Shown piece by piece: positions 38,548-48,336 of a DNA stretch of 64,000 bases (its first letter is position 1; every line of letters begins with the position of its first letter). The notes below the pieces were generated by a model. The model searched no databases. It was not told the DNA's origin and was given only the letters and a program-made list of their open reading frames with translations. A program made the position numbers and the translations under genes. The stretch comes from Candidatus Obscuribacterales bacterium (GTDB lineage: Bacteria; Cyanobacteriota; Vampirovibrionia; Obscuribacterales; Obscuribacteraceae), in contig CBDDIJ010000003.1 in the NCBI GenBank assembly GCA_965228855.1, positions 3,680,001 to 3,744,000 on the forward strand, written 5' to 3'.

Positions 38548-40275
38548 CTAGTACTTCATGAATTCAGGTGAACCAAACAACAATGAAATCTGCAAGGACC
38601 TCGGCGAGGAAGCCACGACCTGCCCGGTTTTATCGGTAGGCTTGACACCGGCGACTTTCATTATTTCATCGGTTGAAACAGACGAAATTCGCGCAGCCGG
38701 ATTTCGATTAGCACCGAGTGCGGTGGCAAAGGTAATCCGCTGCAGCAAACCGCCGGAACTCAACCAAGCTTTCTCCGTGTTCTTGTATCCATCCGGGGTT
38801 TGGCACTGATACAGCGGCATGCCTTGCAGTTTCAAAAATCCCAAAAGCGGTTTTGTATTACTGACCGTTGCCTGTGATGCGCGCAAACTCGAAAGAAGGT
38901 AACGATAAGGAGATTTGAACTTCGCGTTGACGTTACGCGAATCCCAGAACTCAGGACTCTTAAGCAGAGTGCGCATCACTTCTTTAATATCGCCATCCGT
39001 TTTCGTAAACGTGCTCGCGAGCTTTCCAACCAGCACCGGCGATGGTTCGTCCGCCGTGAAATACTGCGCCAGTTTGAAGCTTATAAACCTGGCTGTTGAA
39101 GGGTGTTTCGAGAGTTCATCAAGAGCCTCCTCGAGTTCTTCAATACCACGTCCTTTTATGGTACGACCGAGCAAGACCTTGTCACCGAAATCGTGACGAT
39201 TAGGATCGAAACTGTATCCAAACTTACTCTGCATGCCGGCCGGCTGCTGCGCGATGCTGCGTCTCGTTATTATGCCGTGACCGGTGAGGACGCGAGCCAA
39301 TTCAATAACATCCGCCTGCTTATATCCGCCATCGACGCCCAGGGTGTGCAACTCCATAAGTTCGCGAGCATAGTTTTCATTCAACCCTGCGAATTTTTTG
39401 TTCTTCTGTCCCGGTCTCAGCGGTGCTCTGTTGGGCGCTGTGTTTTGCCAATTGTCGAGGTAAAACAGCATCGCAGCATGATGAGCGGTGGCTCCCAGAA
39501 GGTCACGAAATTTCCCTAATGCATAGGGACGGATCGCGTTTTCCTCGTAAGATCCAACCCAGAGATGGTCGAGACCTTTGTCAATCGAAACGTTGAAGTG
39601 ATTGAACCAGAACTCGGTCATCACTTCCTCCAGTTGACGCGGACTGTATAGCGCGCGCATCAAGCGAGCATCGGTTGTTTGACCATAAAGCTCTTGAAAG
39701 TTATCGCGAAGCATCTGCTGAATTTCTTTTTTCACAGCGACGTCGGTCCCGCCGCCCGGTCCCTTCTTCCGAGCTGCTTTTGCCATATCTGCAAAGGCTT
39801 CGCGCCCATACGACAAATACAAATTAGCAGGTGAGTCCTTCAAAGCTGGTGAATTCGTGTATTTCACGATGACGTCCGGCAGCGGAATCGACTGAGGCTC
39901 CAACTGTTCATCTATATACTTGTCGACGCCCATAGCCTCGACACGCTCGATATCGGCAGTTGTCGGGCCATACGTGATTCTGTTGAGCAGGTGCAGAACC
40001 TTAAGCTCTTCAGCGGCAGGCACAATAGGACCGCTGGAGGCGTTTCCAACCTTCGCGCCTGATCCTGATGACTGGCGGGCTGCCTGTTTAGCAGCCTGAC
40101 GGGCAGCACGTTTTGCAGACAAGCTGGCAGCCCGCGTTTCCCTCGCTTTTGCGGACTGTTTGGGTCCGGGCTGATCTTCGTTCGGCAGGTTTGTCGCCGC
40201 CCACGAGAGAGCTGGCGATAATACAAAACCACACATGATTAATGAAACTGCGATTTGGGTGAAAACTTTCGGCAT
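38548..40275 (-). CDS. DUF1800 protein, Sec-type signal (copy 2)
   Basis: HLLNRITYG, FWFNHFNV, AMLFYLDN, NENYARELMELHTLG, SPEF. Confidence 0.92.
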   Translation of the reverse strand: MPKVFTQIAVSLIMCGFVLSPALSWAATNLPNEDQPGPKQSAKARETRAASLSAKRAARQAAKQAARQSSGSGAKVGNASSGPIVPAAEELKVLHLLNRITYGPTTADIERVEAMGVDKYIDEQLEPQSIPLPDVIVKYTNSPALKDSPANLYLSYGREAFADMAKAARKKGPGGGTDVAVKKEIQQMLRDNFQELYGQTTDARLMRALYSPRQLEEVMTEFWFNHFNVSIDKGLDHLWVGSYEENAIRPYALGKFRDLLGATAHHAAMLFYLDNWQNTAPNRAPLRPGQKNKKFAGLNENYARELMELHTLGVDGGYKQADVIELARVLTGHGIITRRSIAQQPAGMQSKFGYSFDPNRHDFGDKVLLGRTIKGRGIEELEEALDELSKHPSTARFISFKLAQYFTADEPSPVLVGKLASTFTKTDGDIKEVMRTLLKSPEFWDSRNVNAKFKSPYRYLLSSLRASQATVSNTKPLLGFLKLQGMPLYQCQTPDGYKNTEKAWLSSGGLLQRITFATALGANRNPAARISSVSTDEIMKVAGVKPTDKTGQVVASSPRSLQISLLFGSPEFMKY

Positions 40276-40501
40276 ATGGCACTTCCGAGAAAAGACCCTC
40301 TATGGTTAAGTACGTCGAATTGACTCAAAAAGTTCAAAATACAAAATTAAATCTTTCGACACCGCCATTATTGGTGCTTGAATATAGTTTTGCCACACTG
40401 AGCGCTGAGCTGTTACTGAAACGGAGGCGCAAGGTCGGCGGAAATACCAGAAACTGAATGATGGTGCCCGAAGGCAATCCATAAAATCAAGGAGATCCGG
40501 C

Positions 40502-41215
40502 ATGACAACAATTCAATTAACCGCGCCAGTTAAGCGCATGCCGCTCGAAGAAGTACGAAGACTGCTGGCAGACCTGGATACGACGAGCATCTGCGATGTC
40601 AAAAAGGACTTGCGCGTGATGGCACCGCAAATCAAGGCGGTCAAACCAGGTTCCAGAATAGTCGGTCGGGCGCGCACGGTAAGCGTCGACAATGATTTCC
40701 TCACAGTCATCAAAGCACTCCACGAAGCGGAAGCTGGAGACGTGCTGGTTATAGACGGAAACGGCGGAATGAAGGCACTGCTGGGTGAACTCTTCACCGC
40801 AGAGGCTAAGCGCAAGGATCTCGCAGGCATTGTGGTCGATGGTGCGTGTCGGGATGTCGGAAGCATTCAAAAATTAGACTTTCCGGTATTTTCTAAGTGG
40901 GTTTCACCGATGGCGGGCAGCTGCCGTCAATTGTTCGAAACACAAACCAGTATCGTATGTGGTGGCGTCCAGGTGGAACCGGGCGACATAATATTTGCAG
41001 ACATCGACGGCATCATTGTGTTAACCGACGAGGAGCTGAATGCAGTCGCGGAAGCAGCGCGAGCAGTTCAAAAAATCGAAGACGCCGTGCTAGAAGCCAT
41101 CAAACAGGGAACGCCGCTTCTCGACTTGACGAACGCCGCTGAACATCTTGAAGCAATCGGCATCGGCAAGGACAGCAAACTCTGTTTCAACACAAAAACT
41201 GTTGATATAAGCTAG
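40502..41215 (+). CDS. RraA-like / HMG aldolase family protein
   Basis: GRARTV, GDVLVID, GEL, GIVVDGACRD, V.PGDIIFAD.DG. Confidence 0.9.
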   Translation: MTTIQLTAPVKRMPLEEVRRLLADLDTTSICDVKKDLRVMAPQIKAVKPGSRIVGRARTVSVDNDFLTVIKALHEAEAGDVLVIDGNGGMKALLGELFTAEAKRKDLAGIVVDGACRDVGSIQKLDFPVFSKWVSPMAGSCRQLFETQTSIVCGGVQVEPGDIIFADIDGIIVLTDEELNAVAEAARAVQKIEDAVLEAIKQGTPLLDLTNAAEHLEAIGIGKDSKLCFNTKTVDIS

Positions 41216-41225
41216 AAGGAAGCAG

Positions 41226-41585
41226 TTACGACTGCCCCTGACTTTCTTTCATCTCAGTTATGCCAAGCTGAGCAAGCTCAGCCAGTTTCGTGCAGCCCTC
41301 TTTCAATTCTTTAGCAACAGCTTGAACCTTGACGGCATCGAAGGAGTTCTTAATCAGCTGAGCGCCGCTCATGACTTGTTCAAGCCCGGTAGCCATTTGA
41401 TTGAAGTCAGTTGAGTCGAGCGAGTCTTTTAGAGCCACTCCGGCGCGATTAACGATGGCAACAATCTGGTCGACGTCTTTTTGTCCATCCTTGTCGAGAT
41501 CCAGCTGCTTGAGCGACTCGAAGCGCTCCTTCAAATAATCGGTGAATGAATCTACCGCGACTTCGGTCAATTTTCTTCGAAACAT
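41226..41585 (-). CDS. Small helical protein with DxDxDG loop
   Basis: LDLDKDGQKD EF-hand-like loop; GGAGG RBS. Confidence 0.7.
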   Translation of the reverse strand: MFRRKLTEVAVDSFTDYLKERFESLKQLDLDKDGQKDVDQIVAIVNRAGVALKDSLDSTDFNQMATGLEQVMSGAQLIKNSFDAVKVQAVAKELKEGCTKLAELAQLGITEMKESQGQS

Positions 41586-41630
41586 ACAATGCCCTCCGGG
41601 ATCAGTCCGAGCATTGTACTGCGTAGCACA

Positions 41631-42230
41631 TCAACTGGACGCCCACGGATTAGATGTCAGTTCCTCCACGTCGACATTCCAGCGAAACGAACTGAAGATG
41701 CGCTCGCACTCGGCTGCGTAAATATCGAAGATTTCAGCCGGAGCGAGGAACCAGACTTCCTGTACATAGTTATCACTGTCAAAGGTCGTGTCCAGAATCA
41801 ACCCCCTGCTCTTGAGGCGTTCCTGAACCCATGTTCCCTGAATTTGCAGTACATTATGCGGTGGAAAGTAAGTGGTACGAGCCCAATCTCGCTTGAACTT
41901 CGCAGGCCAGGACACTTGCTCCAGCAAAAGCGATATGTTCAACAACGCCTGCTCACCGACCTCATGAGCCGGTCTGCGCAGAAGGGAGAGAAACTCGTTC
42001 TGCTGCGGCTCGACAAAATGATAAGTCTTCTTGGGTGGCTCACGAAGCGTGATTCCAATGCGCTGATCGCGATCAGAGAGATAGAACTTCGACGCCAGCA
42101 AATATGACGGGCGCGAGGGGATTTTTCCACGATGCCAGCCATCAGGCAAATCCATCTCTGCGACAACCTGACCGAGGTTGTTGTGGATTTGCAAAATCGT
42201 TCCATAGTCCTGTAGCAAAGGGCACTCCAA
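41631..42230 (-). CDS. Hypothetical protein, possible PsbP/Mog1/DcrB-like fold
   Basis: MDLPDGW near the N-terminus and F.AP...F..Y.....IFSSFRW near the C-terminus. Confidence 0.55.
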   Translation of the reverse strand: MECPLLQDYGTILQIHNNLGQVVAEMDLPDGWHRGKIPSRPSYLLASKFYLSDRDQRIGITLREPPKKTYHFVEPQQNEFLSLLRRPAHEVGEQALLNISLLLEQVSWPAKFKRDWARTTYFPPHNVLQIQGTWVQERLKSRGLILDTTFDSDNYVQEVWFLAPAEIFDIYAAECERIFSSFRWNVDVEELTSNPWASS

Positions 42231-42414
42231 TCCGGCCAGCGCTTAATTCAAACCGCAATCGCTTATCGATTCGGTTTCGACCGAGCCATTCTGAAACGTC
42301 TCGTCCTTCAGTCTACAAGTATGTCAAAAAATCGACGACTTTAATTCTCTTCGAGTTCTCAAGCAGTGAAAATCTATTTGTTGAAACCCACTTGCCGCAC
42401 TTCCGAGATTCTGA

Positions 42415-42900
42415 ATGAAACAGCTTTATCTGCTCCGCCACGCGAAATCAAGTTGGGACGATATCGAACTCGATGACTTCGACAGACCGCTCAACGGTCG
42501 GGGCAAAAAAGCGGCGCCTCTGATGGGCAAAGTCATACGCGAGAAGAAGTTGAAACCAGAACTGATTGTTTGCTCGCCCTCGAAACGCACGAAGCAAACA
42601 CTGAAACTCGTGCTGGAAGTTTCCGATCTGAAAAGTACAGTTGAGTTCGACAACCGTGTCTACGAAGCATCGGCGGAAGAATTGCTGACGGTTTTGCAAG
42701 AACAAAAGAAAGTCGATTCCATCCTGTTGATTGGTCACAATCCCGGTATGGAGAGCCTTCTCACCAAACTCACGGGTGAACATGAACACTTTCCGACTGC
42801 CGCCCTTGCAGCCATCGATTTAAACATCGAGAAATGGAATGCCATCGCGGGCGGTGCCGGCGAAATGCGCTGGGTTATCCGGCCAAGGGATCTCGAGTGA
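42415..42900 (+). CDS. sixA: Phosphohistidine phosphatase
   Basis: LLRHAKSSW, DFDRPL..RG, SP..R..QT, LIGHNP, FPTA. Confidence 0.92.
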   Translation: MKQLYLLRHAKSSWDDIELDDFDRPLNGRGKKAAPLMGKVIREKKLKPELIVCSPSKRTKQTLKLVLEVSDLKSTVEFDNRVYEASAEELLTVLQEQKKVDSILLIGHNPGMESLLTKLTGEHEHFPTAALAAIDLNIEKWNAIAGGAGEMRWVIRPRDLE

Positions 42901-42979
42901 CGAATTAATGGCGAACACGTTCACTAAGCTTCCAGTCAGTAGTGCGCCGCAAGAGGTCCTTGGAGTCAAAGGTTAAATC

Positions 42980-43486
42980 TTAGGTCTCGCCGCCCTTGGT
43001 CTGTTTGTTAAACAGAAATCGACTCAGCAAATGATCTAGAGAAATTTTGCCTGGACCAAAACAAAACGCGAGCACACCCATTAATAGATAGAAGAAGGGA
43101 TCGGCCTGAAAAAACGGATCCTGGTCTTTGAAGAAGCCGAGCACCTTAGCCCGATCGTCTTCAACAGACATATACGCGACGCACATTGTGAATGAAACCA
43201 ATACACCAACCGGTCTCGTCGCTAAGCCGATAACAAGAAGAGCACTGCCAAAGCATTCGACACCAGCAGCGATCCAGGCATTGAGATCGGGAAGCGGAAT
43301 GTTCAGTGAAGTGAAAAACTCAACGATGTCGGAGTGATGGTGCAACTTTCCCCACCCGTTTTTCATAAGTTGCAAACCAAAATTGACGCGGAAAAATAGT
43401 AAGAGCAAATTCGAGAAGGCGTCACCAATCTTGACGAACAACTCGTAGCCTTTTCGCAACAGTTTAAAAACCGGATTGTCCAACAT
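42980..43486 (-). CDS. DoxX family membrane protein
   Basis: LLFFR, GWGKL, A.VE..G..LL.IGL.TR, GPGKISLD; AGGAG before ATG 43486. Confidence 0.9.
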   Translation of the reverse strand: MLDNPVFKLLRKGYELFVKIGDAFSNLLLLFFRVNFGLQLMKNGWGKLHHHSDIVEFFTSLNIPLPDLNAWIAAGVECFGSALLVIGLATRPVGVLVSFTMCVAYMSVEDDRAKVLGFFKDQDPFFQADPFFYLLMGVLAFCFGPGKISLDHLLSRFLFNKQTKGGET

Positions 43487-43653
43487 AAGTGCGCAAACTC
43501 CTGGCATATAGCAGATGCAATTTTAGCGTAGAGATAAACGCGCAGATGTTTTCCGTACAGAATTAGTGTTTGCTCAGCCCTTTGAAAGCCCAACTCTGCT
43601 TAAATTGCACAGTTGCATCTAGTGTTTTCCCGATAGTGTTATCAGGCGCAGGT

Positions 43654-44562
43654 ATGTCTCCGGAGACATCTCTCAACATCTGTATTTTAGTGTCGCTCCT
43701 CTGCTGGGGAGCCTGGGGCATCTTTGACAAGATGGCGTTGAAGCACGCACCATCCACCTTTGTAATGCTCGGACTGTTTTCCTTTTCAGTTCCATGCGCG
43801 GCAATAACAACATTTCTCTTGAACACGCAGCAGCCTGGTTGGTCGCTCAGTCTCGAAGTTTTCGGCTGGACGTTCCTGGGTTTCTTCTGTTACGGCGCTG
43901 CGATGATCTGTTATCTAAAAGCTCTCAGTATCAGCGAAGCCAGCTATGTGCTTGGAGCTACCGCAAGCTATCCCGTCTTACTGCAATTTCTCTCTGTTCT
44001 GTTCTTGAACGAACCGCTTGTGCCGGCTCGGCTGGGGGGCAGTTTACTGGTCGCGCTGGGCGTAGCAGCCATCGGAGCATCGAAGTCTGAATCGAAGGAA
44101 CCAGCGGTAGCTCTTTCACCCGGCAAGAAGAAACTGCTGATCTTTTTTGTGGTCGCCGCCACTGTACTATGGGGAGTGTGGGGAATCTTCGATAAGAAAG
44201 CAGTGAACGCCGGTGGTGCCCTGACGGCTTATTTGGCGCACTGCATCTGGGAAATCTCGTTTATTCCGCCGTTGTGCGTTTATGTTTTACGCAAATACAA
44301 AAGTTATTTTAACAGCGGCTGGAAGCTCTGGGCACCAGTCACCGGCTCCGCATTGTGTATAAACATCGGCGCATTCAGTTACATGATGGCGTTATCGCTT
44401 GCGACGGCGTCGTATGTAATAGTGATAACAGGCTGTTATCCGATGATAATGTATTTGCTGGCAATTTTGATTCTAAAAGAGCGCTTCAATCCAATTAGGC
44501 TGTTCGGCATTATTTTAGTCACCGCCGGCGGTATTATTACGCACGGCACGGAAGGTTTGTAG
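43654..44562 (+). CDS. EamA/DMT family transporter
   Basis: Two repeats of WG.WGIFDK...ALS...ASYV...YP; 10 TM. Confidence 0.9.
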   Translation: MSPETSLNICILVSLLCWGAWGIFDKMALKHAPSTFVMLGLFSFSVPCAAITTFLLNTQQPGWSLSLEVFGWTFLGFFCYGAAMICYLKALSISEASYVLGATASYPVLLQFLSVLFLNEPLVPARLGGSLLVALGVAAIGASKSESKEPAVALSPGKKKLLIFFVVAATVLWGVWGIFDKKAVNAGGALTAYLAHCIWEISFIPPLCVYVLRKYKSYFNSGWKLWAPVTGSALCINIGAFSYMMALSLATASYVIVITGCYPMIMYLLAILILKERFNPIRLFGIILVTAGGIITHGTEGL

Positions 44563-44723
44563 TCCGCCGCCGTTTTATATTGACTCACCAACCAGTTTAA
44601 TCAACAGGGAACTAGAACTACCATGGCTCGCAAATACACCGCGTCTTACCAGTTTAAAAGCTCTGAGGTTTCGGGAAGAATACTTGAGCAGAATCGCCTC
44701 TTCGTCCCCTGGTAGCACCTTGA

Positions 44724-45887
44724 ATGCTGGATAACATAGCCTGTCCCAAGTTTCGAAAGTTGTGCTCGAACTGCGGAAAGTTTTACCCCGAAGAGATGGC
44801 AGTCTGCGTGCAGGACATGCAGATGCTAATCACCATAGATTGGGATGAGCAATCAGACCTGCTCGAAAACTGGCTGGCTCGCAGTAAATTCTTTGGAAGC
44901 AAGCATTGCCTCCGCTGTAATAGACACTATCGCAAAATTACAGAGTCATTTTGCCCTGAAGACGGCAACGTGCTCGAGCGTTGCGTGCACGATGAGCCGG
45001 AAGGTCCAATTCTGGAAAGGCGCTTTCAACTCAAATCCTATGTCGCGACTGGCAGGCTCTCTCGGGTCTACTATGCAGTAGATGTTGAAACGCAAGCCCC
45101 TCGGATCGTGAAATTCTTGAAGCCCGGTCTTTCCGCCGATGAGAGGACCGTGGCCAGATACCTCAGGGTCTCCAAAGCCGCGATTGAGTTGCAGCATCCA
45201 AACATTGTGCGAACATACGCAGCAGGAAAGACCGAAAGTGGCGCACCGTATGTGGTGACACAGTATCTCGCCGGGCAGTCGCTACGCGACGAACTTCTGA
45301 AGCGCAACAAGCTGGATCCTGCTAGCGCCTTGAGCATCTTCATCGACCTGGCGCGCGGACTTCAGTACGCCCACGCCAATAATGTGATGCATACCAATTT
45401 GACACCGTCGAACGTTTACATCATCCAGAAAGGTGAGCGCCCCTCGGCAATGATTGTCGATTTCGGCGCGGCACAACGATTGTTCAGACATACCGACTGG
45501 AAGCGGGGTCAAGCAGAGTCGGAATCAGATGCGGATACGGAAAACGTGTACGGCGATCCATTGGGAATCTGCCCGGAATTCATTACCGGCAGCAGACCTT
45601 CGTTCCAATCAGATATCTATCAAGTTGGGTGCTGCCTTTATGAATCGTTGAACGGTCGACCGCCGTTTTCGCGTAATCGAACGATGGCAACGATCATGGC
45701 GCACGCAAAAGACCCACCGGATGACTTTGAACCCGGCGTAAGCGATATGATGAAATCGCTCACGCTTGAATGTTTGAAGAAGAACCCCGAGGAACGCTTC
45801 CAAACAGCAACGGAACTGCGTTATGTTCTTGAAGAATGTCGGAAAGAGCTGACTGGCAGCCCTTACGTCGAGCGATCAATCTCTTGA
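44724..45887 (+). CDS. Ser/Thr pseudokinase with tandem N-terminal Zn-ribbon-like motifs
   Basis: Kinase fold (VK, HPNIV, DFG, SDIY..G, RP.F) but catalytic loop HTNLTPSN; N-terminal CSNC..CVQD and CLRC..CPED. Confidence 0.85.
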   Translation: MLDNIACPKFRKLCSNCGKFYPEEMAVCVQDMQMLITIDWDEQSDLLENWLARSKFFGSKHCLRCNRHYRKITESFCPEDGNVLERCVHDEPEGPILERRFQLKSYVATGRLSRVYYAVDVETQAPRIVKFLKPGLSADERTVARYLRVSKAAIELQHPNIVRTYAAGKTESGAPYVVTQYLAGQSLRDELLKRNKLDPASALSIFIDLARGLQYAHANNVMHTNLTPSNVYIIQKGERPSAMIVDFGAAQRLFRHTDWKRGQAESESDADTENVYGDPLGICPEFITGSRPSFQSDIYQVGCCLYESLNGRPPFSRNRTMATIMAHAKDPPDDFEPGVSDMMKSLTLECLKKNPEERFQTATELRYVLEECRKELTGSPYVERSIS

Positions 45888-45893
45888 ATTCAA

Positions 45894-46145
45894 TCAGGAA
45901 TTGAAATAAACACCGACGGCACCGGTCACGCGTTTTATCAAGCGAATTGAATCGTGAACGAGTTCCTCGCCGAAGTCGAGTTCTTCCTCCGCGCGTTTCT
46001 TAAGCATTCCTACGGCAAGCGTCTTGTCTTCGTCCTTCAAAGGAGCACGACCGTGGTGGTGGTCCGCCAGCAGATTCAGCAGTTGTTGAAGTGTCAAATT
46101 TGGGTCGACGCCGGACATTTCAAACTCGTTTGCAACTTTTCGCAC
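45894..46145 (-). CDS. Small hypothetical protein
   Basis: 83-aa ORF with AAGGA RBS, downstream of the LMF gene. Confidence 0.55.
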   Translation of the reverse strand: MRKVANEFEMSGVDPNLTLQQLLNLLADHHHGRAPLKDEDKTLAVGMLKKRAEEELDFGEELVHDSIRLIKRVTGAVGVYFNS

Positions 46146-46181
46146 ATACTAACACCAGTCCTTTTGAATCTCAACCGGTGG

Positions 46182-47774
46182 CTATGGATTCTCAGCCGTC
46201 GCGGGTACCACTTCATCGGTATCGTCCAACTCAACGGGCGGAATATAAAGAAGCTTATTGTCTCGGCGCCACCACTCACCTCTTTGGGAGAGCGCCTCCC
46301 AGTCGGAAAAGTGATAATCGTAAACGTAGGCACGAATATATTTCGGTCCGCCTGCGGGAAACGGGTTTGTTTTAAACGCTGATAAAACCGCCGGATCGCC
46401 CTTAAGCATCAATCTTACCAGGTTCAAAACCCACGGATTTTCGGACACGTCTCTCATGGCAGCGAACCACAGTCGCCAATCCAAACGAGGCATATGAGGC
46501 GCCACTACTGGCGGTGGCTTACAAATGTCGTCAACTTTGTATTTAAACGTGTAGGGAACCCATGTCTTTCCGTCCATGCTGCCCTCGAATACAATCTCCG
46601 GTCGTGTTGTCGTCATGACCGCAAACATACCGTAACTGTTGAAAATTCGGTAAGGAGCCAGCACTGTCAATATTCGTCCGAGTGCAGTGGGAAAAATGTA
46701 ACTGCCGATGAAACCGGTTATGAACTGACATCCACCAAGAAAGAGGAACAACACTGCGCTTGCTCCCGTAGCGAATCGACTCAGGATTGAAACGAGAGAC
46801 CGCGATTTCAGTTCGCTCACGTTGGTTTCGGACACCGGCTCATCTGAGGGCCGAGCAAACAAAAGCGCACGCAGTTTCACCGCCCAGTTGAACGGTATAA
46901 CTCTTTCAAACCAGGCATCGTCTATTAGTGGAATGCACAGTACGATGCTCAGGTAGTTCAGAAACGTGTAATTGCCGGTAAGCAAAATTCCAACGTGAAG
47001 AGCCGCAGTGAGAGCTGCTGCAAGCAGCCTCAAACGACGATCGGAGAAGTATAAGAACGGCGAGACGAGTTCTGCAACGAAGGTGAATACGCAAGCGGTT
47101 TTGTGCATCCACAGGGGAAAGTGATGGATAAACCAGGCTAGTGGAGATGGGATGGGCTGCGTTTCTTGGTGGTAACTCAGCGCCGTCAAGTTCTTCCAGT
47201 ACGGATCGCCACTCAGTATTTTAACCAACCCGGCGCCGAACATGAGGCGAAAGAGCAAAAATCGGTTTAAAACAAGAGCCAGAGCTGAAGGCTCTTTCAC
47301 TCTACCAGGATCGCGGTTCCATCCCCATTCCCAGAGGCACCATGGCACCATGAATAGTGCCAATACAGTCGCTTCGATAATCAAACCGTCGGAGCCGAAC
47401 GCCATGAACTCGCCGCAACCGTTATCCAGAGAGGAGTAGAGAACGGCCAGCAAAAGAAGCGCTGGTCCGGTCAGCACGCCGGAAATAACCAGCAAAGAAA
47501 GAACGATTCCGGCGATACAACTTGCCAAAATAAACGGATCGCTGGAGTTAAGCCAGAAGAATGTCGGCAGCATGCCGTAGGCTTCGTCGCCGTAGATATC
47601 TTTAACGCGCCCGAGCATGGTGGCGATCGGCAAAATGCCATTTTTCCCATTGAGCATGAGAATCTGAACGGACAGCGAGAGATAGGCGACAAAATGAACC
47701 ATCCCGAGCAAACGCAGATAAATCCAGCGACTCAGGAGGTAGCTTTCCTGATGATTAGTTTGGGGCACGGTCAC
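46182..47774 (-). CDS. Lipase maturation factor (LMF1) family membrane protein
   Basis: LR.LG...AY.S, FRLMF.AGLVK, LTAL.YHQETQP.P, GNY.FLN, YGMFA.MT..RPEI, PHMPRLDW.LWFAA. Confidence 0.92.
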   Translation of the reverse strand: MTVPQTNHQESYLLSRWIYLRLLGMVHFVAYLSLSVQILMLNGKNGILPIATMLGRVKDIYGDEAYGMLPTFFWLNSSDPFILASCIAGIVLSLLVISGVLTGPALLLLAVLYSSLDNGCGEFMAFGSDGLIIEATVLALFMVPWCLWEWGWNRDPGRVKEPSALALVLNRFLLFRLMFGAGLVKILSGDPYWKNLTALSYHQETQPIPSPLAWFIHHFPLWMHKTACVFTFVAELVSPFLYFSDRRLRLLAAALTAALHVGILLTGNYTFLNYLSIVLCIPLIDDAWFERVIPFNWAVKLRALLFARPSDEPVSETNVSELKSRSLVSILSRFATGASAVLFLFLGGCQFITGFIGSYIFPTALGRILTVLAPYRIFNSYGMFAVMTTTRPEIVFEGSMDGKTWVPYTFKYKVDDICKPPPVVAPHMPRLDWRLWFAAMRDVSENPWVLNLVRLMLKGDPAVLSAFKTNPFPAGGPKYIRAYVYDYHFSDWEALSQRGEWWRRDNKLLYIPPVELDDTDEVVPATAENP

Positions 47775-48010
47775 ATATTAATGTCTGGGCTGTCACGAAC
47801 GAAGTAGAGAATGACGGCGAGGACTACGCAAATACTTCCGGAGATCGTCATCAGAATCTGAATGACGCGAGTCAGAAGGATGTGCGCGGGGTCGTCGGAA
47901 ACGAACATGCTAACGGCGACAAGACTAATTCCTAGCACGGCAAGTCCAACGCTAATCCAGACTTTATCTTTAGTTGATGGCGGTTCTTCCATAAGTCTTT
48001 CGCTGGGCAT
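47771..48010 (-). CDS. Small two-TM membrane protein
   Basis: Two hydrophobic helices; 4-bp overlap with the LMF gene. Confidence 0.6.
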   Translation of the reverse strand: MPSERLMEEPPSTKDKVWISVGLAVLGISLVAVSMFVSDDPAHILLTRVIQILMTISGSICVVLAVILYFVRDSPDINM

Positions 48011-48336
48011 TTCGAGTGAGCTACTACTACCACTATATAGGTTGCGGGGACGACTTCGGCAACCAGCGTGATTTTTGTTTGAAAAACAGCGAGTCCTGCC
48101 GACTGAGCGCCGCAGGGTAGAATTAATGAGTTCGGTTTCAGATTTAATCTAAAACGGCTAAACTCTTGCGTGTTTACGCAGTTGCAAAGCAGTCGGTATT
48201 GCCCTATATTACAGTGATTCGCCCCTTACTACCGATCCTTGTCATATGAAACGGGCGCGTATCTCAGGTACATTTTTGTCACGCTTGAGAACTAATATAT
48301 AAGCCCGACGTTATCCCTGACCGTTACTAGAAAACC

